Shown in pieces: positions 19,146 through 28,111 of a stretch of DNA of 64,000 bases. Position numbers and translations under genes: made by a program. Position 1 is the stretch's first letter. Every line of letters starts with the position of its first letter. Source of the stretch: an uncultured Collinsella sp. (GTDB lineage Bacteria; Actinomycetota; Coriobacteriia; Coriobacteriales; Coriobacteriaceae). The notes beneath the pieces were generated by a model, which was given only the letters and a program-made list of their open reading frames with translations, did no database searches and was not told where the DNA came from. The stretch covers positions 23,420-87,419 of the forward strand of contig CAUGNZ010000002.1 of assembly GCA_959601045.1 (NCBI GenBank). Direction: 5' to 3'.

Positions 19146-20159
19146 CTACTCAGACTGCCCACTCTTCTTGGCATGTTTGGACGGAGCGCTCAAGAAACGA
19201 CCCGTCAGATAGTTCGCGGGACCGGAGACATCAATCCCCAGCAGCACGTGTCCTAGCCATAGGAACGCCACGAGCACCAGTAGAGGAATCACGCACGAGG
19301 TCACGATCATCACGATGACGCCTTCGATGAGGTCGGTCACCTGCTGCACGATCTTGTCGGTCATCTGCTTGGCACCGCTGGTCACCGACGTGACCAGGCT
19401 CGAGGCCCCGTCAGTCAACTGCTCGAGCACGTTTTTGGACTCCGTGGTCTCGGACTTTTTCTTGCTTGCTTTGGAGCTGTCGCTATCTGCCGCACTCGCA
19501 GCGTCGGCCGCCTTTTGCTCGGCTGCCTCGATGCTCACTCGATACGTTTCGTCGACCTTTTGCGACACCCATACGCTTGCAGGCACCAACGCCATGCCGA
19601 TCATGGCAAGCACCAGCACGCGAGTCGCCACGCGGCGCAGGACGGCGCTCGTGCTCCAGCGCCCGTGAATGCCGAACGACACCGCAAAGAGCACCAACGC
19701 AAGCGGGATTAAGATGCCCAAGCCAACTGACCACAAAATCGTGAGCAAATATTTCTCTAGGTATAGCACGGCAAGCACGATACCAAGGTTGCCTGAAAGC
19801 TGCGCGAGCTGCTCGGCGACCGGCGTTCCCGTATCGCCCGGCAGCGCCGTGATGCCCGCAGACAGCGCCACGCACGAGGTCGTGAGTGCCAAAACGTTGC
19901 CCTTCTTTTGATCGATGACCTCGATGGTGGAGTCCCAAGTCTTGGTATCGGCAAAATGCGGACGAGCTACAAAGCCCGACAGCAGCGCCAGCACCACGAG
20001 CGCAACGATAAAGCCAATCTGGAGCTTTTTGTTTGCGCACACGACATCGGACAGGCTGGGCTGCAGCTCGGTTACCGTCGTATGCTCGGTTATCTGGACA
20101 GGACGCCCATGAGCCATCTCATACGCGTCTCTTTTTTGAATTGATCCGTTGTCCGGCAT
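19146..20159 (-). CDS. Multi-pass membrane protein of unknown function
   Basis: 337 aa with at least 6 hydrophobic helices and a central A/S/D/K low-complexity segment. Strong GAGGAGG RBS. Confidence 0.75.
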   Translation of the reverse strand: MPDNGSIQKRDAYEMAHGRPVQITEHTTVTELQPSLSDVVCANKKLQIGFIVALVVLALLSGFVARPHFADTKTWDSTIEVIDQKKGNVLALTTSCVALSAGITALPGDTGTPVAEQLAQLSGNLGIVLAVLYLEKYLLTILWSVGLGILIPLALVLFAVSFGIHGRWSTSAVLRRVATRVLVLAMIGMALVPASVWVSQKVDETYRVSIEAAEQKAADAASAADSDSSKASKKKSETTESKNVLEQLTDGASSLVTSVTSGAKQMTDKIVQQVTDLIEGVIVMIVTSCVIPLLVLVAFLWLGHVLLGIDVSGPANYLTGRFLSAPSKHAKKSGQSE

Positions 20160-20266
20160 TTGGATACCTCCTCATTCCGGCCTGTATTGCGGTGGAAAGT
20201 ATACCCACCCATCGAAAAACCGAACGGCAGGAGGCGCAACAAGCTGCTGCATGATCCGCCCGCCAT

Positions 20267-20416
20267 GAAATGGGCCCATCTACTACGTTTAACCGCCCAT
20301 CCCCGACCATGCCACAAAGCGAAAAAACAAAACCGCAGGTAGAAGTCCTGCGATTTTTCATGAAACGCGGGTGTGTTCGAGGGTATCGGGTTAAACGTAG
20401 TAGATGAGCCAGTTTC
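20267..20416. repeat. TIR-bounded ~150-bp intergenic element, copy B (reverse orientation)
   Basis: 28-bp TIRs GAAATGGGCCCATCTACTACGTTTAACC / GGTTAAACGTAGTAGATGAGCCAGTTTC. Core AACAAAACCGCAGGTA at 20326-20341. Confidence 0.7.
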
Positions 20417-20512
20417 GTGGCGAGCGCTGCCAACCGATCCTCCGGGGACGGGAAAAGCGGGTCATTTGGGGCTGTCGGCCCCTATTTCGCCGCAACCTAG
20501 ATAGATGGAATA

Positions 20513-20548
20513 CAAAAAACCCTGCCGCGGATAGCGGCAGGGTTTTTG
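20513..20548 (-). terminator. Hairpin terminator after lacF
   Basis: ACCCTGCCGC ... GCGGCAGGGT flanked by A-run and T-run. Confidence 0.8.
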
Positions 20549-20574
20549 GAAGGGGACGAGGTTGTGAGGGTTCG

Positions 20575-20913
20575 TTAGGCGAGCTTGGCCTCGAGCTCAG
20601 CGATGCGCTTGTAGGCATCGATGGTAAAGCGGGTCTGCTTCTCCAAGATCATGGTGGTCATGAGGGTGTCCTGAGCGTGGGCCATGATGAAGGTCATCTC
20701 CATCTCGCCGCCGCCGGCCTCCTGCGAAAGCAGCTTGGTCTGCGTGTCGTGGGCGCCAATGAGTGCATCGCTCGCATCCTTGTGCAGCTGTTCGGCCTTC
20801 TCAAAATCACCCTCGCGAGCAGCATCGAGCGCTGCAAGCAGATCAGTCTGGGCGTCACCCGCGTATGCGACGATCTCGAATCCAACCATCGAGATTTCTT
20901 CTTTGGTTGCCAT
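20575..20913 (-). CDS. lacF: PTS lactose/cellobiose-family EIIA
   Basis: 112 aa with an EIIA-Lac pattern (FEIVAYAGDA...AHDTQT..L...H.QD.LM). Confidence 0.9.
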   Translation of the reverse strand: MATKEEISMVGFEIVAYAGDAQTDLLAALDAAREGDFEKAEQLHKDASDALIGAHDTQTKLLSQEAGGGEMEMTFIMAHAQDTLMTTMILEKQTRFTIDAYKRIAELEAKLA

Positions 20914-21056
20914 ATTGCGTTCCTTTCACATATGAACCAATGGAGAGCATCGCGTCCGGGCATACGCGCTGCGTTGTGTATGACAGAAACATTAACATTC
21001 AAACAAAACAGAACAATGCAAAACGCAATTTCGAGCTATGAACGGTCGATTTTCGC

Positions 21057-21097
21057 CCGTGAACGGTTTTTAAACCAATGCGAACAATATCGAACAC
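21057..21097. promoter_or_regulatory. Candidate operator cluster upstream of lacF
   Basis: CCGTGAACGGTT at 21057-21068 (reverse complement AACCGTTCACGG). GAACAATATCGAACAC at 21082-21097, with the same 10-bp-phased GAACA pair seen upstream of lacA. Confidence 0.45.
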
Positions 21098-21127
21098 AAT
21101 TAGTGGCAACCCAAACAGGTCCACACC

Positions 21128-22132
21128 CTAGCGTACATCGCGCACCGTATCACCCTCTACGAGCATGCCGGGGATCAGCATGTGCTCCACGCCAGACGCA
21201 CCCCCCTCGGCGCCGGCAATCTTGTCGACAGCCCACATGCCGACGCGCTTGTTGTCAAAGCGCACCGTGGTCAGGCGACGGTCGGGCACGATGTCGCCCA
21301 GACTATCGTCAACACCCACTACGCTCACGTCCTGGGGCACGCGCTTCCCGCGCGACTCGAGCCCGCGAATGCAGCCGTAGGCCATGGCATCGTTGGAAGC
21401 ATAGATGGCGGTACAGGTCGGATCGTCCGCTAGAGCCTGACCGGCAGCATATCCGCTCTGTGCCGTCCAATCGCCACGGACGAGTCGCGGCGGCTCAATA
21501 CCATGTGCGCGCAGTGTCTCACGCCAGCCTTCCTCGCGCTGCATGCCCGAAAGCGAGCGCTCGGGGCATGAGATAAAGTGCACGGTCTTGTGCCCCTGCA
21601 CCAGCAAGTACTCGACCACCTGGCGCGAGCAATCGAACTGGTCGTTATCGACCGTTGAACAGAGCGGGTGCTCCAGCATGGTAACGAGCACCGTCTGCAT
21701 ACCGGGCAGCGGCTCGAAGGTGCCAAAGTCCGCCGGCATGCGATTCATGATCACAACCATGCCATCCACCGGAAGTGCGCTCATGCGCGACGATGCACTC
21801 TCGAGGGTATACGGATGCCCGTCTACTTTAGTTAGGGTGATGGCATAGCCGTGTTTGTCGGCCGCAGCGGTAAAGCCCTCCATACGGTCGAGGTTGCCGG
21901 TGCCGGTAATGTTGAACATGGCGACACCGACGGTCTTAAACTTGCCGCGGCGCAGCGATCGACCGGCAAAATTGGGACGATACCCCAGCTCGCGCATGGC
22001 GGCACGCACGCGCTCCTTGGTCTCGGGGCGCACGCTGGGCGAATCGTGCACGGTGCGCGAGACCGTCTGCTCCGAGACGCCCGCGAGACGCGCCACGTCC
22101 TTAACGGAAACCGATTTTTTAACAGCGGCCAT
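21128..22132 (-). CDS. LacI-family transcriptional regulator
   Basis: 334 aa. HTH VSVKDVARLAGVSEQTVSRTVH. Divergent from lacE. Confidence 0.9.
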   Translation of the reverse strand: MAAVKKSVSVKDVARLAGVSEQTVSRTVHDSPSVRPETKERVRAAMRELGYRPNFAGRSLRRGKFKTVGVAMFNITGTGNLDRMEGFTAAADKHGYAITLTKVDGHPYTLESASSRMSALPVDGMVVIMNRMPADFGTFEPLPGMQTVLVTMLEHPLCSTVDNDQFDCSRQVVEYLLVQGHKTVHFISCPERSLSGMQREEGWRETLRAHGIEPPRLVRGDWTAQSGYAAGQALADDPTCTAIYASNDAMAYGCIRGLESRGKRVPQDVSVVGVDDSLGDIVPDRRLTTVRFDNKRVGMWAVDKIAGAEGGASGVEHMLIPGMLVEGDTVRDVR

Positions 22133-22242
22133 AGGTCGATCTTTCTATGTCAACGATGCCATTGGCGGCACCCTACGCAGTCAAATGAACGCCTTCAAGT
22201 ATATCCAACACCTCCCCCACAATACGTTTACCACCTAAAACC

Positions 22243-22428
22243 TACCGTTCACCGACAATCTTGCTTCCCCGAACGGCTTTTGTCGCCCAAATGTTAACGT
22301 TGCCATTGCGCAAATACAGAGCCACCGGGCGGCTCAAACGTTTACGCGTAAGGAATCGATGGTTCGCAGGCATAGGAACCACTGGTTCGCGTCTTTTTTT
22401 GTGTCGCAAAATGGCAACGTCAACATTT
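22243..22428. promoter_or_regulatory. lacE control region: TACCGTTCACCG box plus two inverted 19-bp boxes AAATGTT(A/G)ACGTTGCCATT
   Basis: TACCGTTCACCG at 22243-22254. AAATGTTAACGTTGCCATT at 22289-22307. Its reverse complement with 1 mismatch at 22408-22428, about 120 bp away. Confidence 0.5.
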
Positions 22429-22488
22429 TGGCAACCGAACGCCAAAAGCTACCATCGTTGCTAACCCACCGACTCTTAGGAGCATTGC

Positions 22489-24264
22489 ATGGAGCAACTC
22501 ATCGCCATCATCGAAAAGGGCCAGCCCTTTTTCAACGCGATCGCCCGCAACAAGTACCTCAAGGCGATCCGCGACGGCTTTATCTCCGTCATCCCCATCA
22601 TCATCTTCTCGTCCATCTTCTGCCTGGTAGCCTCGGTCCCCAACATCTGGGGTTTCTACTGGCCCGATGACATCAACAACGCCCTGTGGAAGTGCTACAA
22701 CTACTCCATGGGCATCCTGGCCATCGCCTGCGCCGCCACCACGGCCAAGCACTTCGCCGACGCTCAGAACCGCGATCTGCCCAAGAACAATCAGATCAAC
22801 TTTATCTCGTGCATGTGCGCGGCCATCATCGGCTTCTTGCTCCTTTCGAGCGACACCATCGCCACGGACGCCGCCAGCGGCTTCAACACCACCTATCTTG
22901 GTTCCAAGGGCCTGCTGACTGCCTTCATCGCTGCGTTTGTGACCGGCATCATCTACAAGTTCTTTATCAAGCGCAACATCACCGTCAAGATGCCCGAGCA
23001 GGTTCCGCCCAACATCTCGCAGACCTTTAAGGACATCATCCCCTTCTCCGTCTGCATCACCCTCTTTTGGGTCTTTGACATCGCCTTCCGCGCTGCCTTT
23101 GGCTTCTGCTTTGCCCAGGGCGTCATCCAGGTGTTCCAGCCCCTGTTCACCGCCGCCGACGGCTATATCGGCCTCGCTGTGATCTACGGCGCTATGAGCC
23201 TCTTCTGGTTCGTCGGCGTCCACGGCCCCTCGATCGTCGAGCCCGCCATCGCCGCCGCTCTCGTTGCCAACATGACCGACAACCTGGCTGCGTTCCAAGC
23301 TGGCCAGCACGCTTCCGCTGTCCTGACCCAGGGTGCCCAGTACTTCGTCGTCTGCATGGGCGGCACCGGCGCCACGCTCGTCCTGGTCTTTATGTTCTGC
23401 TTCCTGGCCAAGTCTCAGGAGATGCGCGCCGTCGGTAAGGCAGCCATCGTCCCCGTGTGCTTTGCCGTCAACGAGCCGCTGCTGTTCGCCGCGCCTATCG
23501 TGCTCAACCCCGTCTTCTTTGTCCCGTTTGTTTTTGCCCCGATCGCCAACATCTGGATCCTCAAGATCTTTATCGACTTCTTGGGCATGAACGGCTTTAT
23601 GTACACCCTGCCCTGGACCGTCCCCGGCCCCATCGGCACCATCATGGGCTTGGGCTTCCAGCCGCTCGCCTTTGTGATGCTCGCCCTCATCCTGGTCGTC
23701 GACTTTGTCCTGTACTACCCGTTCTTCCGTGCCTATGACGCCCAGAAGTGCGCCGAGGAGGCCGAGATCTCCCAGGAGGAGCTCGCCGCCAAGAACGCCG
23801 AGAAGGCCGCCAAGCTCAACGATGCCTTCCAGGGCAAGGCTGACGCCAAGAGCGTTGCCGCCGGCGCTGCTGCCGAGGCCGTGAAGGTCGACTCCCCTGC
23901 CGCTTCTGCAGCACCCGCTGCCGAGGCAACGACCGCCAGCGACCTCAACGGCAAGCGCGTGCTCGTGCTCTGCCAGGGCGGCGGAACCTCGGGTCTGCTC
24001 GCCAACGCGCTGGCCAAGGCTGCCAAGGAGCGCGGCATCAATCTTGAGACCGCTGCCGAGGCATATGGCAACCACGTGGACATGCTCCCCGACTTTGACC
24101 TGGTCGTCCTGGCCCCGCAGGCCGCAAGCTACCTGGCCGACTTGCAGAAAGACTGCGAGCGCGTGGGCAACAAATGCGTCGCCTGCCGCGGTAAGCAGTA
24201 CATTGAGCTCTCCCAGAACGGCGACAAGTCTCTCGCCTTCGTCTCCGAGCAGCTTTCGAAGTAA
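22489..24264 (+). CDS. lacE: PTS lactose-specific EIICB
   Basis: 591 aa. A polytopic EIIC-Lac/Cel domain, an A/E-rich linker and a C-terminal EIIB domain (VLVLCQGGGTSGLLA). Confidence 0.9.
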   Translation: MEQLIAIIEKGQPFFNAIARNKYLKAIRDGFISVIPIIIFSSIFCLVASVPNIWGFYWPDDINNALWKCYNYSMGILAIACAATTAKHFADAQNRDLPKNNQINFISCMCAAIIGFLLLSSDTIATDAASGFNTTYLGSKGLLTAFIAAFVTGIIYKFFIKRNITVKMPEQVPPNISQTFKDIIPFSVCITLFWVFDIAFRAAFGFCFAQGVIQVFQPLFTAADGYIGLAVIYGAMSLFWFVGVHGPSIVEPAIAAALVANMTDNLAAFQAGQHASAVLTQGAQYFVVCMGGTGATLVLVFMFCFLAKSQEMRAVGKAAIVPVCFAVNEPLLFAAPIVLNPVFFVPFVFAPIANIWILKIFIDFLGMNGFMYTLPWTVPGPIGTIMGLGFQPLAFVMLALILVVDFVLYYPFFRAYDAQKCAEEAEISQEELAAKNAEKAAKLNDAFQGKADAKSVAAGAAAEAVKVDSPAASAAPAAEATTASDLNGKRVLVLCQGGGTSGLLANALAKAAKERGINLETAAEAYGNHVDMLPDFDLVVLAPQAASYLADLQKDCERVGNKCVACRGKQYIELSQNGDKSLAFVSEQLSK

Positions 24265-24273
24265 GTAACGCTC

Positions 24274-24307
24274 AGGGCCAGCCGACCATCCAAGACCGGC
24301 TGGCCCT
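24274..24307 (+). other. Intercistronic hairpin between lacE and lacG
   Basis: AGGGCCAGCCG ... CGGCTGGCCCT. The T-tract is weak, so it may be an attenuator or processing structure rather than a full terminator. Confidence 0.4.
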
Positions 24308-24330
24308 TCGATTTAGACGATTGGATCATC

Positions 24331-25770
24331 ATGTCCGTTAATCCTGCTAGCGTCACCAATCCGCCTGCGCAGTTTCCCGAGGACTTTGTCTTTGGCGGCG
24401 CCACTGCTGCCTACCAGGTAGAGGGCGAGACCCGCACTCACGGTAAGGGCAAGGTTGCCTGGGACGACTTTCTGGAAGCCCAAGGCCGTTTCTCCCCCGA
24501 TCCCGCTTCGGACTTCTACAACCAGTACCCCGTCGATCTGGAGCTGTGCGAGGAGTTTGGCATCAACGGCATTCGCCTCTCCATTGCCTGGAGCCGCATC
24601 TTCCCCAACGGCACCGGCGAAATCAACCCCGAGGGCGTCCAGTTCTACCACGATCTCTTCGCCGAGTGCCATAAGCACCATGTTGAGCCGTTCGTCACGC
24701 TGCATCACTTTGACACGCCGCTTCCCCTCTTTGAGAAGGGCGACTTCCTCAACCGCGAGACCATCGATGCCTTTGTGGACTTTGCCACCTTCTGCTTTAA
24801 GGAGTACGCCGACCAGGTGACCTACTGGTTCACCTTTAACGAGATCTGGGCCGACGCCTCCAACACCTACATCGAGGGCACCTTCCCCGGCGGCGTCAAA
24901 GCTCATCTGGCCGAGGCCTTCCAGTGCGAGCACAACATGATGCTCGCCCACGCCAAGGCCGTGCTGGCCTTCCACAACGGCGGTTTTAAGGGCAAGATCG
25001 GCGTCATTCAATCGCTGGAGTTTAAGTATCCGCTCAACGAGAACGACCCCGCCGACATCAAGGCCGCCAACAACGAGCACGTGCTGCAGAACCAGTTTTT
25101 GCTCGACGCCACCTTCCGCGGCGACTATGCCCCCGACACCCTCGAGTGCGCCAACCGCCTGGCCGCCATCTCGGGCGGCACCATCGAGATCATGGACAAG
25201 GACCTCGAGATTATGCGCGAGGCCGCGCTCTACAACGACTACCTGGGTGTCAACAACTACCAGTGCCGTTTCCTCAAGGCTTACGACGGCGAGAACGACC
25301 TGCACCACAACGGTACGGGCGAGAAGGGCACCGGCCGCTGGCGCGTTAAGGGTATTGGTGAGCATGTGAACAAGCCCGGCATCCCCACCACCGACTGGGA
25401 CTGGATCATCTATCCCGAGGGTCTGTTCGATCTGCTCGTCTACATTAAGCAGCGCTACCCCAACTACAAGCAGATTTTCATTACCGAAAACGGTATGGGC
25501 TACAAGGACCCCTACAAGAACGGCTTTGTGGACGACCAGCCGCGCATCGACTACATCGAGCAGCACCTGCGCTGGCTGCTTAAGGCCATGGAGGTGGGCG
25601 TCAACGTGGGCGGCTACTTCCTGTGGAGCCTGCAGGATCAGTTCTCCTGGACCAATGGCTACAACAAGCGCTACGGCTTCTTCTACGTAGACTTTGAAAC
25701 CCAGAAGCGCACGCCCAAGGCAAGCGCCTACTGGTACAAGCACGTGGCGCAGACCCGTCGTCTGGACTAG
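24331..25770 (+). CDS. lacG: 6-phospho-beta-galactosidase (GH1)
   Basis: 479 aa. GH1 motifs FVFGGATAAYQVEG, TFNEI (acid/base) and ITENG (nucleophile). Confidence 0.92.
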   Translation: MSVNPASVTNPPAQFPEDFVFGGATAAYQVEGETRTHGKGKVAWDDFLEAQGRFSPDPASDFYNQYPVDLELCEEFGINGIRLSIAWSRIFPNGTGEINPEGVQFYHDLFAECHKHHVEPFVTLHHFDTPLPLFEKGDFLNRETIDAFVDFATFCFKEYADQVTYWFTFNEIWADASNTYIEGTFPGGVKAHLAEAFQCEHNMMLAHAKAVLAFHNGGFKGKIGVIQSLEFKYPLNENDPADIKAANNEHVLQNQFLLDATFRGDYAPDTLECANRLAAISGGTIEIMDKDLEIMREAALYNDYLGVNNYQCRFLKAYDGENDLHHNGTGEKGTGRWRVKGIGEHVNKPGIPTTDWDWIIYPEGLFDLLVYIKQRYPNYKQIFITENGMGYKDPYKNGFVDDQPRIDYIEQHLRWLLKAMEVGVNVGGYFLWSLQDQFSWTNGYNKRYGFFYVDFETQKRTPKASAYWYKHVAQTRRLD

Positions 25771-25824
25771 TGGCTTGCAGTTGGCGTAATTGCCCTGCTC
25801 ACATAACTTGTCCCCATTTCTCAG

Positions 25825-25871
25825 CCGGGGGCGGCACGTCACACGGCGCGCCGCCCCCGGCCTTTGTGTTT
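25825..25871 (+). terminator. Hairpin terminator after lacG
   Basis: CCGGGGGCGGC ... GCCGCCCCCGG followed by a T-rich tract. Confidence 0.7.
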
Positions 25872-25887
25872 GGGCGGACCGGGAGCC

Positions 25888-26112
25888 GTTTGTCTCGATC
25901 TGTAATATTTAGCCGAGTTTTTCGGTCCCACCTGTTACAGATTGAGACAAACGTGGAGGCCAGGCCGAAATATCTAAATCTGTAACACTTAACCCGGTTT
26001 TGGACGTCTAGTTGTTACAGATTTAGATAAACGTGCGAGCCAATCCCTTCAATCTAAATCTGTAACAACTAGCTTGTGTTTTCGCCCCTAGCTGTTACAG
26101 ATCGAGACAAAT
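25888..26112. repeat. Tandem array of three ~60-bp hairpin units (arms GTTTGTCTCGATCTGTAACA / TGTTACAGATCGAGACAAAC)
   Basis: Hairpins at 25888-25952, 25972-26028 and 26052-26112, with ~24-nt loops and related ~20-nt spacers (unit ~80 bp). Confidence 0.85.
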
Positions 26113-26171
26113 AAAATAGACCGGGCTGACAATCTCAGCCGCATGCCCCCTTTTTGGCCGCATTCCACCGA

Positions 26172-27542
26172 TCAGATAAAGATCGTCATATACAGAGGTA
26201 GATATATCCTATGCCCTTCAGCCCTGAGCTGTTTTGGGTGAAGAACTATCTCTTCTCCGACTCGTCGTTCGAATCGTCTGCCGAAATCGTCAAGCGAGAT
26301 TGTTGAATACGATTTGGAAGATTTAACTTCAACAGGAGTGACCCGCGGTTTTCCAGCCGCGTCTTCAAAGCCGCGCGAAACAAGAAAATCAATTTCACGC
26401 GTTCTGGGCCGACTCCCCTCTGTTTTGGAAGGCTCCTGCCAGCTGTAATAAAAAAGCGAATGCCCCAGACTCTTAAGCTGCTGCGCCACGATGTTCTCGA
26501 TTAGCATTCCTTTATTAATTGAAATTCTTCCAAATTGAATGTCTCTATGAACATCCATAAGGTCCGGACCATCATCAAACGCCAAGCTCACGAGCAATCC
26601 CGTGTCCGCCATATAGCATTTAAGCGAAGACGCGTCCTCGTGCAGGCGGTAACCCACGCTCGGATCACTGCATAAATAGCAACGGTTAATCAGTCGCGCA
26701 TCCTCAAGCCAGATTAACGCCGACTCATATGTCTCAAAACGGGACCCCTTCTCCAAGCTGTCAAATTTGAACCGTTTATTTGCCGCAGATAATTGACCCG
26801 GAATATCGTCATAAACCGCCCGCGCACGTCTAGCGTCCGAACCTCCAAACTTGGCAATGTCCTCCCTGTACAGTGCGATAATCTGCCGTTTAACCCTGTC
26901 GCATCCTCTAAAATCATTCTCTGCCACAAAGGAGTCGACCGACTGAGGCATACCACCGACAAGCATATACTCATCAAATAATCTCATGCACGTCGCATGA
27001 ACGCCGTCCGGAAGCGCGGTCCGAGATTCGCGCGCTTTACGGATCTCTTCTGCATAAAGATCTTTTCCGGTCGCCCAAAGATACTCCTCAAAATCGAGGG
27101 GCTCGAGAGGGATTCTTTCTTCCTCTGACGGTATGACAATGCTATCGACATTCTTTTTGATGGAGACAAGAGAGCCTGTCTCGATGTAATCAAATCTGCC
27201 GTCTTCTACAAGATGCTTTATGTATTCGCGCGCGATGGGAAACCGCTGCACTTCATCAAAAATGACCAGCGACTCTCTCGGTTCGAGGGCCTTACCATAC
27301 TGCAGCTGAAGCATGCGTAAAAAAAGATCGACATCTTCACGATGGTTCAGAAATATATCGAGCGTGGCTTTGCTAGCAGCCGAAAAGTCAATGTACAGAT
27401 AATCCTTGTATTCATTTTGCGCGAAGCACTTGACGAGCGTCGTTTTGCCAACGCGTCTTGCACCCTCAATAAGCACCGCAGTGCGCCCTTGCGAGCGTTC
27501 TTTCCACTCCTGCAGACGATCATATGCCTTCCGTTTAAACAT
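26172..27542 (-). CDS. AAA+ ATPase (AAA_14/DUF4143-type) with a C-terminal PD-(D/E)xK-like motif
   Basis: 456 aa. Walker A GARRVGKTT, Walker B LVIFDEVQ, C-terminal EIDFLV...PVEVKSSKS. Visibly AT-richer than its neighbours. Confidence 0.85.
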   Translation of the reverse strand: MFKRKAYDRLQEWKERSQGRTAVLIEGARRVGKTTLVKCFAQNEYKDYLYIDFSAASKATLDIFLNHREDVDLFLRMLQLQYGKALEPRESLVIFDEVQRFPIAREYIKHLVEDGRFDYIETGSLVSIKKNVDSIVIPSEEERIPLEPLDFEEYLWATGKDLYAEEIRKARESRTALPDGVHATCMRLFDEYMLVGGMPQSVDSFVAENDFRGCDRVKRQIIALYREDIAKFGGSDARRARAVYDDIPGQLSAANKRFKFDSLEKGSRFETYESALIWLEDARLINRCYLCSDPSVGYRLHEDASSLKCYMADTGLLVSLAFDDGPDLMDVHRDIQFGRISINKGMLIENIVAQQLKSLGHSLFYYSWQEPSKTEGSRPRTREIDFLVSRGFEDAAGKPRVTPVEVKSSKSYSTISLDDFGRRFERRVGEEIVLHPKQLRAEGHRIYLPLYMTIFI

Positions 27543-27574
27543 AATCTCACCTCAGCATAATTTACGTGCTAGTT

Positions 27575-27692
27575 TACAAAAATACCGACCTTCAGATATA
27601 TCTAATAATACAAAAATACCGAGCTTTAAATGAGCTTATAGCTACAAAAATACCGACCATTGCAATGGTTGAGACATACAGTAATACCGAGC
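27575..27692. repeat. Four phased direct repeats TACAAAAATACCGA(C/G)C upstream of the ATPase gene
   Basis: Copies start at 27575, 27609 and 27643 (exact 34-bp phase), with a degenerate fourth (CAGTAATACCGAGC) at 27679. Confidence 0.8.
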
Positions 27693-27720
27693 TTTACGCA
27701 TAACGGATGCTATGCCGAGC

Positions 27721-27781
27721 CGTCTCGATCTGTAACACTAAACCCGGTTTTGGGCGTCTATCTGTTACAGATCAAGACAAT
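27721..27781. repeat. Fourth copy of the hairpin unit seen at 25888-26112
   Basis: GTCTCGATCTGTAACA-loop-TGTTACAGATCAAGAC. The loop CTAAACCCGGTTTTGGGCGTCTAT is nearly identical to the loop of unit 2. Confidence 0.85.
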
Positions 27782-27844
27782 TCAACGATGCCGACTATTC
27801 GATACGGCGTGGTACAATTATGTCCCAATGCGAAGGAGATACTT

Positions 27845-28111
27845 ATGCCCATCTGTGTGCCCGTCCGAGACATGAAGGACACTGCCACATTCACCGCGCT
27901 TGTTGAGTCCGAGCGCGACGTCACCGTAACCAAGAACGGCTACGAGGCCATGCACTGCATCAGCAGCGACCAGTATCGCCTCATGCAAGACGAAATCGCC
28001 AAAGCCAAGCTTCTGTCTCGTATGATGCTGGCAGAAGACGAGATATCGCAAGGCGACTATAGCGACTACGACTCCTTCGCGACCGCGACACGAGACAAAT
28101 ATGACCTATAA
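27845..28111 (+). CDS. Type II antitoxin (Phd/YefM-RelB-like)
   Basis: 88 aa. AAGGAG RBS. Overlaps the toxin start by 11 nt. N-terminal pattern ...DVTVTKNGYEAMHCISSDQY. Confidence 0.75.
   Translation: MPICVPVRDMKDTATFTALVESERDVTVTKNGYEAMHCISSDQYRLMQDEIAKAKLLSRMMLAEDEISQGDYSDYDSFATATRDKYDL

Noticed and set aside
20404-21576. 390-aa plus-strand ORF
   Set aside because: It overlaps a repeat element and the lacF terminator, and is antisense to lacF and the LacI gene. It is a shadow ORF.
24313-25842. 509-aa minus-strand ORF opposite lacG. Similar cases are 22420-24075 opposite lacE, 13824-15437 opposite galT and 55440-56687 opposite ricT.
   Set aside because: The opposite strand carries clear GH1, PTS, GalT and PSP1 signatures. 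These frames have no recognisable motifs and show the usual high-GC antisense amino-acid bias.
25888-26112. Possible CRISPR array
   Set aside because: The repeats alternate in orientation and form hairpins. The spacers are only ~20 nt and are similar to each other. There are only three units and no cas genes in the window.
25888-28111. Possible integron cassette array (attC-like hairpins plus a TA cassette)
   Set aside because: The arms do not match the RYYYAAC/GTTRRRY core sites. Three hairpins sit back to back without cassettes between them. No intI or attI is present. The resemblance is noted only as a loose analogy.
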